Assembly (NCBI GenBank): GCA_016748015.1
Contig: JAAOMT010000128.1
Coordinates: 1,123,538-1,187,537, forward strand
Direction: 5' to 3'
DNA from: Geosiphon pyriformis uo1
Lineage: Eukaryota; Fungi; Glomeromycota
Length of the DNA stretch: 64,000 nucleotides
The notes beneath the pieces were generated by a model. It was not told where the DNA came from, searched no databases, and was given only the letters and a program-made list of their open reading frames with translations. Shown here piece after piece: positions 39,546 through 53,400 of the stretch. Each line of letters starts with the position of its first letter. Within the stretch, counting starts at the first letter, position 1. Made by a program: the position numbers and the translations under genes.

Positions 39546-40211
39546 TAATTTCTTCCTCAAAACTGAGCTCTGTCGAAGTCCAAGCACTATCTGTAATATT
39601 GAGATAGTGATCTAAAATAATTGAAGTAATCTGGTCTGAAAATTGTTGAAATTTCAGTTCTGTGAGTTTGTCAATGTATTGGACTTTCATTGGTTGCAGT
39701 ATTGGATTTTGTAGAACATTTTCACAAGTATTTAACAAGTTATAGAGTCTAAGAGCTGCTCTAAGTCTGTAGCGAGTGTTTGTTGATCCAGCTGCTGTTT
39801 TGAATTCATTGTGAATTTGTTTTTGTATAACTTCAGGAGTGAGATTTGTTGCTTCAAGTTCCAGTTTTCATTCATAAAGTGTTTTTCCAATTTGAAAGTA
39901 TTTATAGATAGGAGTGTGTTCATTGTTCTGTTCATTAAGAAGTAGTAGAAGTTTTTGTTGCATTATAGCATTTGGTAGAATGTCAATAGGGGCAATTAAA
40001 AGATTTTCTTCTAGTGTTTGCTTCAAAAGTCTTGGTAATCTATTTTCAAAGTGACTTCTTGTTTTTCTTCTATAGGGGTGATAGTTCTGTAAATGATTTG
40101 CTACTGGGGCTGTGGTTTCTTTCTGAATGTAATTAATTTGACTTTCATTAATTGTTACAAGGCTAACATTAATTTTTGGGATATTTGTTGAATATTTCGG
40201 GGAATAATCAT
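39526..40211 (-). pseudogene. Accessory ORF3 of A2 (frameshifted)
   Basis: MIIPRNIQQISQKLMLA... through ...TCENVLQNPILQP...TELSFEEEIMLPVEF; clear homologue of 57570-58289. Confidence 0.85.
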
Positions 40212-40353
40212 GATAAAATTGATTAATTATGAAAAGAGAAAATAAAAAAAATTATTTTTGGATATGGGGTTTTTATTTGTTTTTGGGTTTGAGTGTTTTG
40301 TAATTATTTACTATTTTTGTTTTTGTGTTTTTATTAGAGAATTATTGTAAAAT

Positions 40354-41739
40354 TTAAGTGTTCAAGTTTGGTTGTTGTTTTATTATAATTATTGGTTCTA
40401 AATTTCGGGAAATATCTTCAGAATTAATTAAAGAGGAATGTGTACCAATTTGTGGAATTAATGATTCAGGATTGTTTCTGGAATGATAATGTTTCAATCT
40501 GTCTCTATGTGCAACTTTTGCTAATATTTTGTCATCAAGTCTTAACTTATATGATTCATTGCCTAGAATTTCGTGAATATAAAATGGTCCATCCCATTTG
40601 TTTTCAAATTTCTCACTCCATTGTTTTTCAGCCTTAGTTCTGTGTAAGAGAACTTTATTTCCAACTTTAAATTCATTGGTAATAAGTGGTAATTTGTTGT
40701 TATGTCTTTTTTTTTGTTGAGCTTGGGAATGTTCAATATGAGTTGCTGCTATTCTTCTTTTTTCTTCCAGTGTACTAAAAAAAGTGTAGGCTCTTCTTTG
40801 AAGTGTTTCTTGAAAGTTTTCTTCATTGATTGGTTGCACTGGGTATGTTTCCACTGTGAAATTAATTGGTAATGTTGCTGCCCTTCCATAAGTAAGATCA
40901 AATGGTGTGTGTTTCATAGTATCTTGTTTTAGTATTCTGTATGCTAGTAAAACTGATGGAATAAAGATATCCCATTCCTGTTCAAAGTCTGTTGAGACTT
41001 TGGCTAGAGATTCACACAATGTTCTGTTGAAATGTTCTACAAATCCATTTGTTTGAAGGTGATAAGATGATGATAGAGGTCTTTTGACATTGAACCATTC
41101 ACAAATTTCTTGTATCAAGTTGTTCACAAAATGTGTTCTTTGATCAGATAAGAGTTCAATTGGGCATCTATGTCTACAGATAATGTCTTCATAGATGAAA
41201 TTTGCTACTGATTTTGCATCTGCTCTTTGGATGACTCTAGCTTCAGGCCATTTGGTAAGATAATCCACTACAACTGCAATATAACAATTTTCTTGGGTTG
41301 TGATAGGTAATGGTCCGACTAAATCAATTTCAACTCTGTCAAAAGGTTGTCCAATTTTGATTGGATTTAAAGGTTCTGTGGGGCAAGTTCCTCCTCTTCT
41401 TTGACAATTATCACAAGATTCTACATATTGTCAAATGTCTTTTTACATGTGAGACCAAAAATAATGTTCAAGGGTTCTTTGAATTGTTCCCTCTTTTCCC
41501 AAGTGTGCTGAAGATGGATCTGTATGCATGTTGTATAAAATTGTTTCTTTTTTATTCTCTTGTACTAATCTGAGTGGCTGGTTTGGTTTTCTGTGATTTT
41601 TATAATAGATTTTGTTCTGATGTATGAAATATTGTTTTGATTGGTGTTGTAAGCAGTGTTTTTCACTTGGAGACCAGTTTTCTGGTATGGTAAGAGTCTC
41701 CAAATAATTTTTAAGATTGTTGTAGTTTCTGGGATCCAT
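40354..41739 (-). pseudogene. Integrase ORF of A2
   Basis: Starts MDPRNYNNLKNYL; HTDPSSAH, SDQRTHF, FVEHFNRTL, WDGPFY. Confidence 0.93.
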
Positions 41740-41797
41740 TCTTGTTTGGTTATTTTTGTTGGTAAGTTGGTAAGTTGTGGTGGAATTGTTGTTGGTA

Positions 41798-44700
41798 TTA
41801 ATCTTGTCTCATTCTTAAAAAGCTATCAACATTGGTATGTAGTTTTCCTGGTTTGTGATGTACAATATATCTGTAGTCTGCTAGGAAGTCATTCCATTAA
41901 GACTGTTTGGCACTTTGTTTAGTTTTCTTTTTATTGAGCCATTTGAGGCCAATGTTGTCCGTTATTATGTCAAATTCTTTTCCATTCTTCAGATATTGTT
42001 GAAAATGTTTAAGAGCCCAAATAACTGCAGCAGCTTCTAATTCAGTTGAGTCATATTTGAGTTCTGTTGGCTTGAGTGTTCTGCTGGCATAGGCAATAAC
42101 TTGTTCTTGGCCATTTTCATCCAATTGTGATAAGATGGCACCAAATGCTATATGTGAAGCATCAGTGGCTAATTGGAATCGTTTGTTGAAGTCTGGATAA
42201 GCAAGAACTGGGGCTGTTGTCAATTTTGTTTTGAGAATTTCAAAAGCTTTTTGTTGTTCTTCAGTCCATTTGTATGGTACATTTTTGTTGGTAAGATAAT
42301 TGAGTGGTTTGGCAATTTCTGAAAATCCTTTTATGAATTTTCGATAGTAAGAGGCTAATTCCACAAATCCTCTTAGTTCTGTAGTATTTCTGGGGGTTTG
42401 AAAGTTTTTGAGCACTGATTGTTTCTGGATTTGGTTTGATTCTATCTTTACTAACTATGTGTCCAAAAAAGATCAAGCTTGTTTTTCCAAAGTGACATTT
42501 CTCAATATTTAACTTTAATTCTGCTTTCTGTAATCGTTGAAAAACTTCTCACAGGTGAATGAGATGGGCTTCAAAGCTTGGTGAGTATACATCAGTATTA
42601 TCAAGATAAACAACTACTGATTGCCACAAGAGCCCTTCATAAACAACATCCATGAGTCACTGAAATGTTGCTGGTGCATTGCAGAGTCTAAAAAGCATAA
42701 TATTAAACTCATAATTTCCTTCTTGAGTGGTGAATGCTGTTTTGGGTCTATCTTTTGGGTCCATTTCGACTTGCCAGTATCCACTTTCCAGGTCTAAAGT
42801 TGAAAAGAACTTGGCTTTTCCTAGAGCATCTAGCATGTCATCAATTCTTGGAAAAGGGTAGGCATCTCCAATTGTAACACTATTCAGTTGTTTATAATCA
42901 ACACAGAATCTGATTTTTCCGTTTTTTTTTTTAACTAAAACTACTGATAAGGCCCAAGGACTTCTTGATGATTGAATCAATCTATTATTGAGCATTTTTT
43001 GGACCTCTTCTTTGATGAATTGGTGGCTGGCAGGTGGCACTTGATAAGCTTGTTGATGTTTTGGTAGAGCATCTTCTGTATGAATCTGATGTTGAACAAT
43101 GTCTGTTTTTCTCAAGTCATTGTTGTCTTTTGCAAATATATCTGCAAATTCAGCTATCAATTGTTTCAATTGTTTTTGTTGTTGAGGTTCTAAGGAATCC
43201 ATATTGATTCGAGAGAGTTTTTCTTTCAACAAGTGGTAGTTTTCAGTAGTGGGAATGATTTTTGGATTTGGGAGTAGAGTGTGCTTTACAATTTCGATGA
43301 AATTAGAGACAATTTGAGGGTTTTTATCTTGAAAGATATTGCTGTGTATGATTCCAATTTCTAATTTGTTTAATAAAACAATAGGGTAATTATTGGGGTT
43401 GTAGAATATAACTCGAAATTTTTTCATTCCTTTGGGAATATAAACGTTTGGAATTGATATTTCATGCTTCAAACAGATTTGTTCATTGGATTCAAAAATT
43501 TGTTGTGTAGTGGTGGGTTTTGAGCAAGTGTAAATTTCATGATGTTCTCCAAAAGGTGAAATGGTAATTGGCTGAGGAAGTTGAAGAATCTGGTAAGATT
43601 CATTTTGTGTATTAAGAACTATGTTTACTGGGACTGTAAATCGTCCAGTTGAACCAAAACCTTGAATTCCTCTTTTACTTTTCCCAATTGTTCTCTGTTG
43701 TTTACTGATTGTAAACCCGAAATGTTGATTAAGGGTAAGTAAATTGCTTGAGCAATTTTTTCAGCATGTTTAATTTTGAATGGTTTGTCTGTCTTATTCT
43801 GTAACATGATAATAATGTCTCCAGTGTATCCTGTATCTATAACTCCTCCTCTAATATTGATTCCTTTGCTTGCCAATGATGATCTGGAGGCAATTTGAAC
43901 CATTGCTCCTGGTGGAATTTCAAGAGCAATTTTGAGATTGATTTTTGTCAAAAACTTTGGTTGGAGAATCAAAGTATCTTTTCCTGGGTATCTTAGGTCA
44001 TATCCAGCATCAATTTCGTGTGCTTTTTCTGGTCTGATTCCTTGGCCATGGTTGTCAAAATATTTAAGTTGTAGAGGTGGTTGCTTTTCAAGAAGATAGA
44101 TGGGAGTGGTTGGTAGTTCTTCTACTAGTTCAGATACTCCAAATTCGATTTTATTTTCATCATTCCCATCTGACAGAGGAATGCTAAGAGCATAACATTC
44201 TAAACACCATTGGTCATCACAAGGCATAACACATTCTTCACACAATTGAATGTTTATTTGCTCTAATCGTTGAATTTGAGTTTTTTTGGTCAGATATATA
44301 TGGCTTGCAATTTGGTGGTAGGTTTCTACTTCATCTTCATAATCAAATCCAGCTAATTCCATGGTATACTCAATATATTCAGCTTCTTTTATTTGGTAGA
44401 CATCTTCTTGGGTGGCTCCATTGATCAATGCCATTGCTAAGTCAAAAATCATTTCAGCATCATAAGGGTAGTGATAAAGTTTATTGAGAGCACTATTGTA
44501 TGCTGCATTAAATGGTGTTCTTCTTCTGATTTTTTCCAAAATTGATAGAGCATATTGACAGGTTTGATCACATACTCCTTCTCTCATTGCTACATCAATC
44601 TAATTGTATTCTTCTGGTAGCATTTCTCCACATGTAAGGCAAGGTATGTTGTCCCATTTTCTACTTCTTTTTGGAGATCCAAATCGTTTTCTATGGCATG

Positions 44701-47398
44701 CTTTGCAAAAGTAACAGGTACGAGTTTCATATTCCTCTTTTGGAGAAATACATGCTCCCATTGATGAAAGTTTTTTGTTGCAATCTTTGCATTTGAGTGG
44801 AATATAGAATGGTTGTTTCCATGGTTCTGATGTAGAATATCTAACTTTCTTCCATCCCCTTGATTCTTCAAAAATCTCTTGTTTGGTTTCTTCAGCCCAA
44901 TTGGATGTTAATCCAAGAGCCATGTAGGTTTCAGTAAGTGGCATTTCTTTCTCCTCTTCAAATTCAAATACTGGAGCTTTTTCTGATTGTTTGTTAAAGG
45001 TACCATAGGTTGCAGGTACTATGGTATATTGTCCTTGGTATGAGATTTTAAGTTCTTGAGTTTCCTAGTTCAGGTTTGCATTGGCCTTGAAAAGCCAATC
45101 ATTTCTGACTAGAGCTTGGTATTGGGGTGCATCCATAACAAGAACTTTAATTGGAATGGTGATTCTATCAATTGAAAAAGGGAAATCATCAATTTTTCCT
45201 ACTGGAGTCTTCTTCATACTATCAGCTGTGACAATAACTGTTTGAGCTAGTCTGTCTATGTTTTGTTTGAGTTGTTGCATCAGCTGGTAAGTAATAATAC
45301 TTCCAGCTGATCCACTATCTAAGATTAAGCAAATGGGTTTTCTTTCCACTATAGCTTTTATGTACATGGCAGTAATTGCTTTCTGTTCATTGACTGTTGC
45401 ATTACTAAGCAGAAATGATGATTCATTTGCTTCAAATTCAAATGGAAATATATCTGACAGATTAGCATTTTGGGCAATTTGAGCTGGTAGGATGGTGTGG
45501 TTGGAAGAATTTAATCTTAGCACTGTAACTTTATCTTCAGAAAGTGCAGTTTGTTGAAAATCCGATTCTTCTGGTATTGTAAGATAACTGGGTTGAGTGT
45601 GATAGTGATTGGGTCTTTGCTGACCCGAATTTCAGGGAACCAACTGGTTATTTGGATTGATTCTGTTGTGGTTATTCTGCAATTGATTTTGGGGTGTGAA
45701 TTGGTTATGTTGAACCAATCTTCTTGCTGGTACTTGATATTGTTGAGTGAGTGGTGTCTAATATGGCTGAATTGGTAAAGGTTGCTGATATTGTTGCTGC
45801 ATTAATTGTGGAGCTGGTGGATAGTAACTGTTTTGATTTTGTGGTCTTGGTGAATAATAGGTTGGTGGTGGAGATTGGTAATAAGATTGTTGTGGTGAAG
45901 AGTAATGTTGATTACTCCTGTTTTGTTGGTCTCTTTGTAATTTCCTATGATCTTGTTTCCAGTGTTCTAGAATTCCACAATAATGACAATTTTTAGATTG
46001 GTTGTTGAATGGTAATCCAAAATTGTTTTGGTTGTGTTGTTGTGGTGATTGATATTTTTGTGGTTGTTGCTGCTGTTATTGTTGGTTTGTAAAATAGCTT
46101 TCAACTTTCTTTGTGAGTTGGTCTATCTTTTTTTCAGCTGCTGAGCTGGTTTCTCCAATTGCAAGATTTACAAGCTTGGTGTGATTTGCTTCTTCCATTG
46201 CCATTTCATAGTTCTTTGCATGTCTAATAGCAGTTGTTAAGTCTGTTGGAGCATGTGGACAGACTTTTTTAATCAGTTTGTCTTTTAATCCTCCTATAAA
46301 CTGATCCAGAATTTGAGCATCAGAATAGTAGTCATTGGTTTCCAATTGTCAGATTTGTCTAAAAAGTTTGTTAAATCTTCCAAGATAGGTCATAACAGAT
46401 TCAGATGTTTCTTGTTTGATATTGCAAAAGCGGTTTCTGAGAGTGATAGAGGTATTGTTGTCAGTGAATTGTTGTAGAAAAGCATTTTTAAATACTTGCC
46501 AGTTTTCAAATGGTTCTTCTAAATTCTTAAACCATTTTCTTGCTGTCCTTTGGAGAAAGTAGGGAATTGCTTTGAGCATTCTTGCTGCAATCCAACCATT
46601 TGCATCTCCTGCTTTTTGAACTTTGTTAAGCCATTCTTGAGAACTGGTATCATTGTCTTCACCAGTGAATTCTGAGATTTTTGCAATGTAAGCAGTTGCC
46701 ATTTCTTCTGGTTCTGATTTAGTTTCTTCACTTTCCAAGCTTTTTGAGTGATTAGTTTCGTTTTCCTGTAAGTAATCAATAATATTGGCACTTGTTGATA
46801 TTGGTTCTTGCTGTTAAGTAGGATTTCTAGATGACTGAAAATTTTTTGGTCTGGAGAAACGGCTAAGTGGTGAACTTGGTATTTGTGGTTGAACAAGTGA
46901 AATTGGAAATGGTGTAATAGAAAATGGTAATTTGACACTGGTTCCTTGTTCAAGTGTTTGCAAGTATTTGGCAGTTGTCTTTTGTAGTGTTGGAGTGTTT
47001 GGAGTGGTTCTTGAGTATTGCTTCAATCTTTGTTTGTCTTTGTTGCTTGTTTTTGTCTCTGATTCAAAGTCAAAAGAGTATTTAGACTGTACTGGGTATT
47101 TTTCTTCACAATACTCAATAATGTTAAAATTAAGTTCTTGGAAGTAGGTAGCAAGTGTTTCACTGTTCAGGTCTTCTGTTCCCAATTGTGAATAGTGTAC
47201 TAAATTATTGTAGAGGTTGCTTCTAACTTCTGAAATATTGTAGTTTCCAAAAAGATAATTGTTGATGCAGTTTTTAATGTATTGGTATACTGATTTTTTT
47301 ACAACTTCAATTCCGTCTGGAATGTTGAATCTTTGCTTGCAGTGGGTGTAAATTGACTGGTAATACTCTAGAGTTGCTGTGTCTGGTGTGGTTGCCAC
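41798..47398 (-). pseudogene. gag-pol of A2
   Basis: N-extension, capsid (AYIAKISEFTGED..EWL), protease LDSGS, Cys-rich region, dUTPase (43645-44035), RT YLDN, and RNase H ATDAS ending RMRQD-stop. Confidence 0.94.
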
Positions 47399-47443
47399 TT
47401 TGAATTTGTTGTTGCTGTATTATTTCCATAGGAGAACACCAAA

Positions 47444-48434
47444 TGTTACCAGAGGTTTTTGGTCTCTTTTCTTAAATGTTGGTAATGTTGATTTGCTGTG
47501 AATTCACATTCTTAGGAAGTAGTTGAACCTCCAATAACTGAATTTATCTTCAAATTATTTTCTATAATTTGAACTTGCTGGGCTTATAAGTAGAATGGCC
47601 AATTCTGTGCCAGTTACTTTATGTAGTTACGTTGTAGTAAACGTCAACTCTTTCTCAGGAATTGCTTGTCTGGAAGCTCACTAAAATGTATAGTTACTTT
47701 GCTGTGAAAGTCAACTCTTCTACAGGAATCTTGTCTGTAGGCTACCCTAATAATTGTAATAAGAAAAGAAAAAAAATATAAAAGAAATATAAAAGAAATA
47801 GAATTTTGTCAAGAGAAACGTTTTCTATTCAGGCCTGGAGTCACTAACAGTTTATTGAAATTGGTAACTAATCAATTTCAAAATGTTAGTTGGGTTTTGG
47901 AGATTTTCCAAGTATAATAATTAAAGAATTTGGTTTTTCAAATTATTTGATATTTATTTCTTTTGTGTGTGTAGGAATGATTCTAAGTAATAAATCTAAA
48001 GTAAGATACATTTTCCAGAAGAGAAAAGCTCTTCTTTTATACAACTTGTTGTAGTACTAGTCTATGAACTTGCATTTTTTCTTTTTGTTCAAATTTCGGC
48101 AAACTAAAGATACATTTTGATGAACTACAAGTTATTTCGCTGAATTATTGATTAATTTGGGTGAACTATTGATTAATTTGGGTGAACTATTTATAATTTC
48201 GGCGAATTTCTGTAAATTTCGGCAAATTTTTGAATGTTACAAAGTTCAGGGTATTGTGTAATTTGATTATCTTACTTTCTGTTATACTAATTAGATTATT
48301 TTAATTGAATCGTGATATGTGATAATTGATTAAATAATAAATGATAATTTGAAATGATATTAATATACTAATGAATTATAGAAATTATAAGGGTAATTTC
48401 ATGCTAATTAATAGCTAAAATTCTACTGGTAACA
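47444..48434 (-). repeat. 5' LTR of A2
   Basis: TG...CA ends; followed by PBS TGGTGTTCTCCTATGG. Confidence 0.96.
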
Positions 48435-49378
48435 ACATCAATAATATTTCAATTAATAATGACAAGACTGTAATTATTTCCATTAACCAAAAAGTAAAGG
48501 GGGCTTTTTTGATAATTAATGGGAGTTTTATATCAATTGCAAAAAAGGAAGAGTCATATCACTACTTGGGAATTTATTTTTTGACTAATGGTCTTTTTAA
48601 ATCTAATTTGGCTAAAGCTTATTCAGATGTCAAGTTTTTTGTAAACATGGTTTTAAAAAAAAAATTTCAGATAAGCAGTTTTGCTACTTAGTTTCTATTA
48701 TTTTGTAGTTAATTATGTATTATCATACACAGTTTAATTTTATTTTAGTTAATGTTTACTGCAAATAAGATTTTTTAATCAGGAAGAGTTTATGGTCGAA
48801 AACAAGATTGCCTAAGAACTTTTCCAATAAGGTTTTGTATTATTTTTTGCTATACAACCTAAAATCTTTTGAACAATTACAAACTGAGGATAAGGTGGTT
48901 TCAATAGTTTTGTTTGCTAATTTTAAGGATATTTTTGGCAGACTTTTTGATCATTAGTTTTTGAATTTACAAGTTTTGGGCTGGGCTTCAATTAATTTTT
49001 TACAGTATCTAGTTAAATTAAAAGTTAATCATGTGAACAATTTTTTTGCTAAAGTGGTAAGAGTATTTTTAAGCAATAAGATTTTTTTATCAAACAGCCT
49101 GCTACAGATTTTCTATAATTCAGACAAGTTTTTGATGTCTAATATCTTAGAAAAGACAGTTTACTATAGAACAGTAATTTTTTTGAAATATTATGATGTT
49201 GTTTTTGGTAACAAACTATTGGATAAACATGATTGCTTAATGTTGTTGCAATTGATTATTTGGGGTCTCAAATCAAATAACAAACTCGTAACTTGGTGCT
49301 CAAAAGCTATTTCCATTGATGATGTTCTGAAAGTGTTGTATCTGAAGGTTTTAATGGAGTTCTTTGTATAATGGACAG

Positions 49379-50357
49379 TATTACCAGACAAAATTAGAGA
49401 TATTGTTTAGCATGAAATTATCTTTATAATTCTTATCATTAATTAGCATATATTATTGTTTCAAATTATCACTTATTATATTAGCAAAATGTCCGAAATT
49501 ATCATTTAATTAATAATCCAATTGGTACATAACACAAATATAACCTAAGTGCGATGATCAATTATGCAATAACCCAAAATATGTAACATTCAAAAGTTTG
49601 CCGAAATTTGTAGAAATTTGCCGAAATAATTGATAGTTTACCAAAATATCTAATAGTTTGCAGAAATAATTTGTAGTTTACCGAAATGTATCTTTAGTTC
49701 AGCGAAATTGTAGAAAAGAGCAAAGTTTAAGTTCATAGAATAGTATTATGACAAGTTGTATAAAAGAAGAGCTTTTCTCTTCAAAAAAATGTATTTTACT
49801 TTAGATTTATCACTTAGAACCATTCCTACACACACAAAAAAAAATAAATATCAAATAATTTGAAAAACCAAATTCTTTAATTATTGCACTTGGAAAATTC
49901 TTAAAACCCAACTAATGTTTTGAAATTGATTAACTACCAATTTCAGTAAACTGTTAGTGACTCTAGGCCTGAATAGAAAACGTTTCTCTTAACAGAATTC
50001 TATTTTTTTTACATTTTTTTTATTTTTTTTATTTTATTTTTTTATTATAATCATTAGGGTAGCCTACAGATGAGATTCCTGTAGAAAAGTTGACTTTCAC
50101 AGCAAAGTAACTACACCTTTTTAGTGAGCTTCCAGACAAACAATTCCTGGGAAAGAGTTGATGTTTACTACAACGTAACTACACAAAGCAACTGGCATAG
50201 AATTGGCCATTTCACTTATAAGCCCAGCAGTTCAAATTATAAGAGATAATTTAAAGATAAATTCAGTTATCGGAGGTTCAAACACTTCCTATAGTTGTGA
50301 ATTAACAGCATTACAACAAACATACAAGAAAAAAAAGACCAAAAACCTCTGGTAACA
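49379..50357 (+). repeat. 5' LTR of C (terminal TG mutated to TA)
   Basis: Direct repeat of 58258-59239. Confidence 0.95.
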
Positions 50358-50402
50358 TTTGGTGCTCTCCCATGGAAACAACACAGTAAAAACAACTTCA
50401 AA

Positions 50403-53400
50403 GTGGTAACCACATCAGATGCAACAACTCTAGAGTATTACCAGTCAATTTACACCCATTGCAAGCAAAAATTCAACATTCCAGACGAAATTGAAGTTGT
50501 CAAGAAATCAGTATACCAATACATTGAAAACCGCATCAACAATTATCTTTTTGGAAATTACAATATCTTAGAAGTTAAAAGCAACCTTTACAATAATTTA
50601 GTACACTATTTACAGTTGAGAACTGAAGACCTTAACAGTGAAACACTTGCCACTTACTTTCAAGAACTTAATTTTAACATTATCAAGTACTGTGAAGAAA
50701 CATATCCAGTACAGTCTCAATATTCTATTGATTTTGAATTAGAGACAGAAACAAGCAACAAAAGCAAACAAAAATTGAAACAATACTCAAAAACCACCCC
50801 AAATACTCCAATACTACCAAAAACAACTGCCAAACACTTACAAATACCTGAACAAGGAACCAGTTCAAAACTTCTACTTACTATCACACCTTTTTCAGCT
50901 TCATTTACACAAGCACAAACACCTAATTCACCCTTAAATCGATTTACAAGACTAAAAAATTTTACATTACCCAGAAGTCCTACCAGACAACAAAAACTTC
51001 TTTAAACTAGTTCCAATCTTCTTGACTTTCTAGCTGAAAATCAAAGTGAACACTCTAAGGCAGCAGCGAATGAAAAAAACGACTCTGAAATATCTGAAAA
51101 AGAATCAATAGACAGTAAAAACAAAGAAGACAAAATGACAGCATACATCACAAAAATCCCTGAATTTAATAGAGAAGACATTGAGACCAGTCTCCAAGAA
51201 TGGCTCAACCAAGTTACTAAAGCTGGAGATGCAAATAGATGGAATGCTACCAGAATGTTAAAAACAATTCTCTACTTTCTCAAAGGAACAGCAGGCGAAT
51301 GGTTTCAAAACTTGACCACCCCTTTTAATGACTGGACAGCTTTCAAAACGCCTTTTTAGAACAATTCACCAATAACAACACCTCAATCACACTTCAAAAT
51401 TGTTTTCGCAATATCAAAAAAGAACCCTCCAAATCTGTCATGACTTATATTGAGAAATTCAACAAACTTTTCAGATGAATTTGCCAACTTGAAACTAATA
51501 ATTATTATTCTGATGCTCAAATCTTGAATCAATTTATCGCTGGTTTAAAGGATAAACTGATTAAAAAGGTTCACCCACATGTCCCAGAAGATTTAAACTC
51601 TGTCATTTAGCATGCAAAGAAATATAAAATGGCCATGGAAAAAGCCAATCATACAAAACTAGTAAACTTAGCCATTGGAGAGACCAGCTCAGCAGCTGAA
51701 GAGAAAATTGACCAATTCACAAAGAAAGTTGAAAACTATTTCACCAACCAACAACAATAGCAACCCTAAAGATATTAACCACCCCAAAAACTGAATCAAA
51801 ACAACTTTGTATTATCCTCTAATAACCAGCCTCAGAATTGCCATTACTGTGGAATCCCTAGCCACTGGAAAAGAGATTGCAGAAAGCTACAATAAGACCA
51901 ACAAAACAGAAATAATCAACATTATCCTTCACCACAACAATCTTATTACCAACCACCACTACCACTAGTTTACTATCTACCAAGACCACAATATTAAACT
52001 GACTACTATCAACCTGCTCCACAGCCAATACAACAACAGTATCAACAACCCATTCAACATTACCAAGTATCTGCTCGAAGATTGGTTTAACAAAACCAAT
52101 TTGCACCACAAAACTGATTCACAACAAACAACAACAGAATCAACCCAAATAACCAATTAGTTCCCTGAAATCCAGCTCAACCAAGACCCACCCATTATCA
52201 TACTCAACCTAGCTATCTTACAATACCTGAAGAACAAAATTTTCACCATACTGCACTCTCAGAAGATAGAGCTGCAGCACGACAACAAAACCCTTCCTAT
52301 ACTTCTACCACAATCCTACCAGCCAGAATTGCTAAAAATGCCAATCTTTCAGATATATTCCCTTTTGAGTTCAAAGCAAATGAGTCACTATTCCTGCTTA
52401 GCAATGCAGCCGCCAATGAACAAAAAGCAATCACTACTATGTACACTAAAGCAGAAGTCGAAAGAAAGACAACTCACTTGATCCTAGACAGTGGATCTGC
52501 CAGAAGCATCATCACCTACCAATTAATGCAACAGTTAAAGAGAAATGTCAACCAACCAGCTCAAACAGTAATCGTTACTGCTGATGGCATAAAAAAGACT
52601 CCAGTAGGAGAAATTGACAATTTTCCATTTACTCTTGATGGAATCACCATTCCAGTCAAAGTTCTTGTAATGGACGCATCCCAGTATTAAGCTCTTGTCA
52701 GAAATGATTGGCTTTAAAAAGCCAATGCAAAATTAGATTGGGAAACCTAAGAATTACAAATCTCTTACCAAAGACAATATGCCCAAGTACCTGCCACTTG
52801 TGGTACATTCAACAAACGCTCCAAAAAAGCCCCGGCTTTTGAATTCAAACCAGAAGAAGAAAAACAAATAATCAAAACATTCATGGCTCTTGGATCAACG
52901 TCCAATTGGGCCGATGAAACTAAACAAGAACATTTTACTCCACACTCCGAACCCAAAACCCCTGAATGGAATATCCCTTACTCAAAGACTGAGCCAAGGA
53001 AACAACACTCCTACATTCTCCTTAAATATAAGAACTGCCACAAAAAATTATTGTCAATAGGAGCTTGTATTTCACCTGAGGAAGAATATAAAAGTCACAT
53101 CTGCTACTATTGCAAGGCCTGCCATTGAGAACGATGGGACCACTTGATTAAAAGAAGCGGAAAATGAGATGGAACACCCTGTTTTACTTGTGGAAAGCAG
53201 CTTCCCGATGAATGTGACTGGATTGATGTTGCATTTAGAGGAGAAGTCTACAATTAAATTTGTCAATATGCTTTTTCTATTGTGGAAAAAGTAAAACGTG
53301 GAACACCTTTCAATGCCACATACAACAGCACCTTCAGCAAACTTTATCACTACCCCCATGATGCCAAAATAATCTATGAACTTGCCATGATTTTAATTAA

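Larger units (their letters stand above)
38677..48434 (-). mobile_element. Ty3/Gypsy LTR retrotransposon, family A, complete provirus A2
   Basis: LTRs 47444-48434 and 38677-39545, PBS 47426-47441, PPT about 39549-39558; TSD ACAT/ACAT (38673-38676 and 48435-48438). Confidence 0.97.
34279..49243 (+). mobile_element. LINE4: heavily decayed non-LTR element (34279-38676 plus 48435-49243), split by proviruses A2 and D
   Basis: Degenerate 5' motif; ORF1 remnants (KVLTTKVGGLESK); ORF2 remnants (FVNDTIW). Reading resumes across A2 as FFN/INNISINNDKT. Confidence 0.88.
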
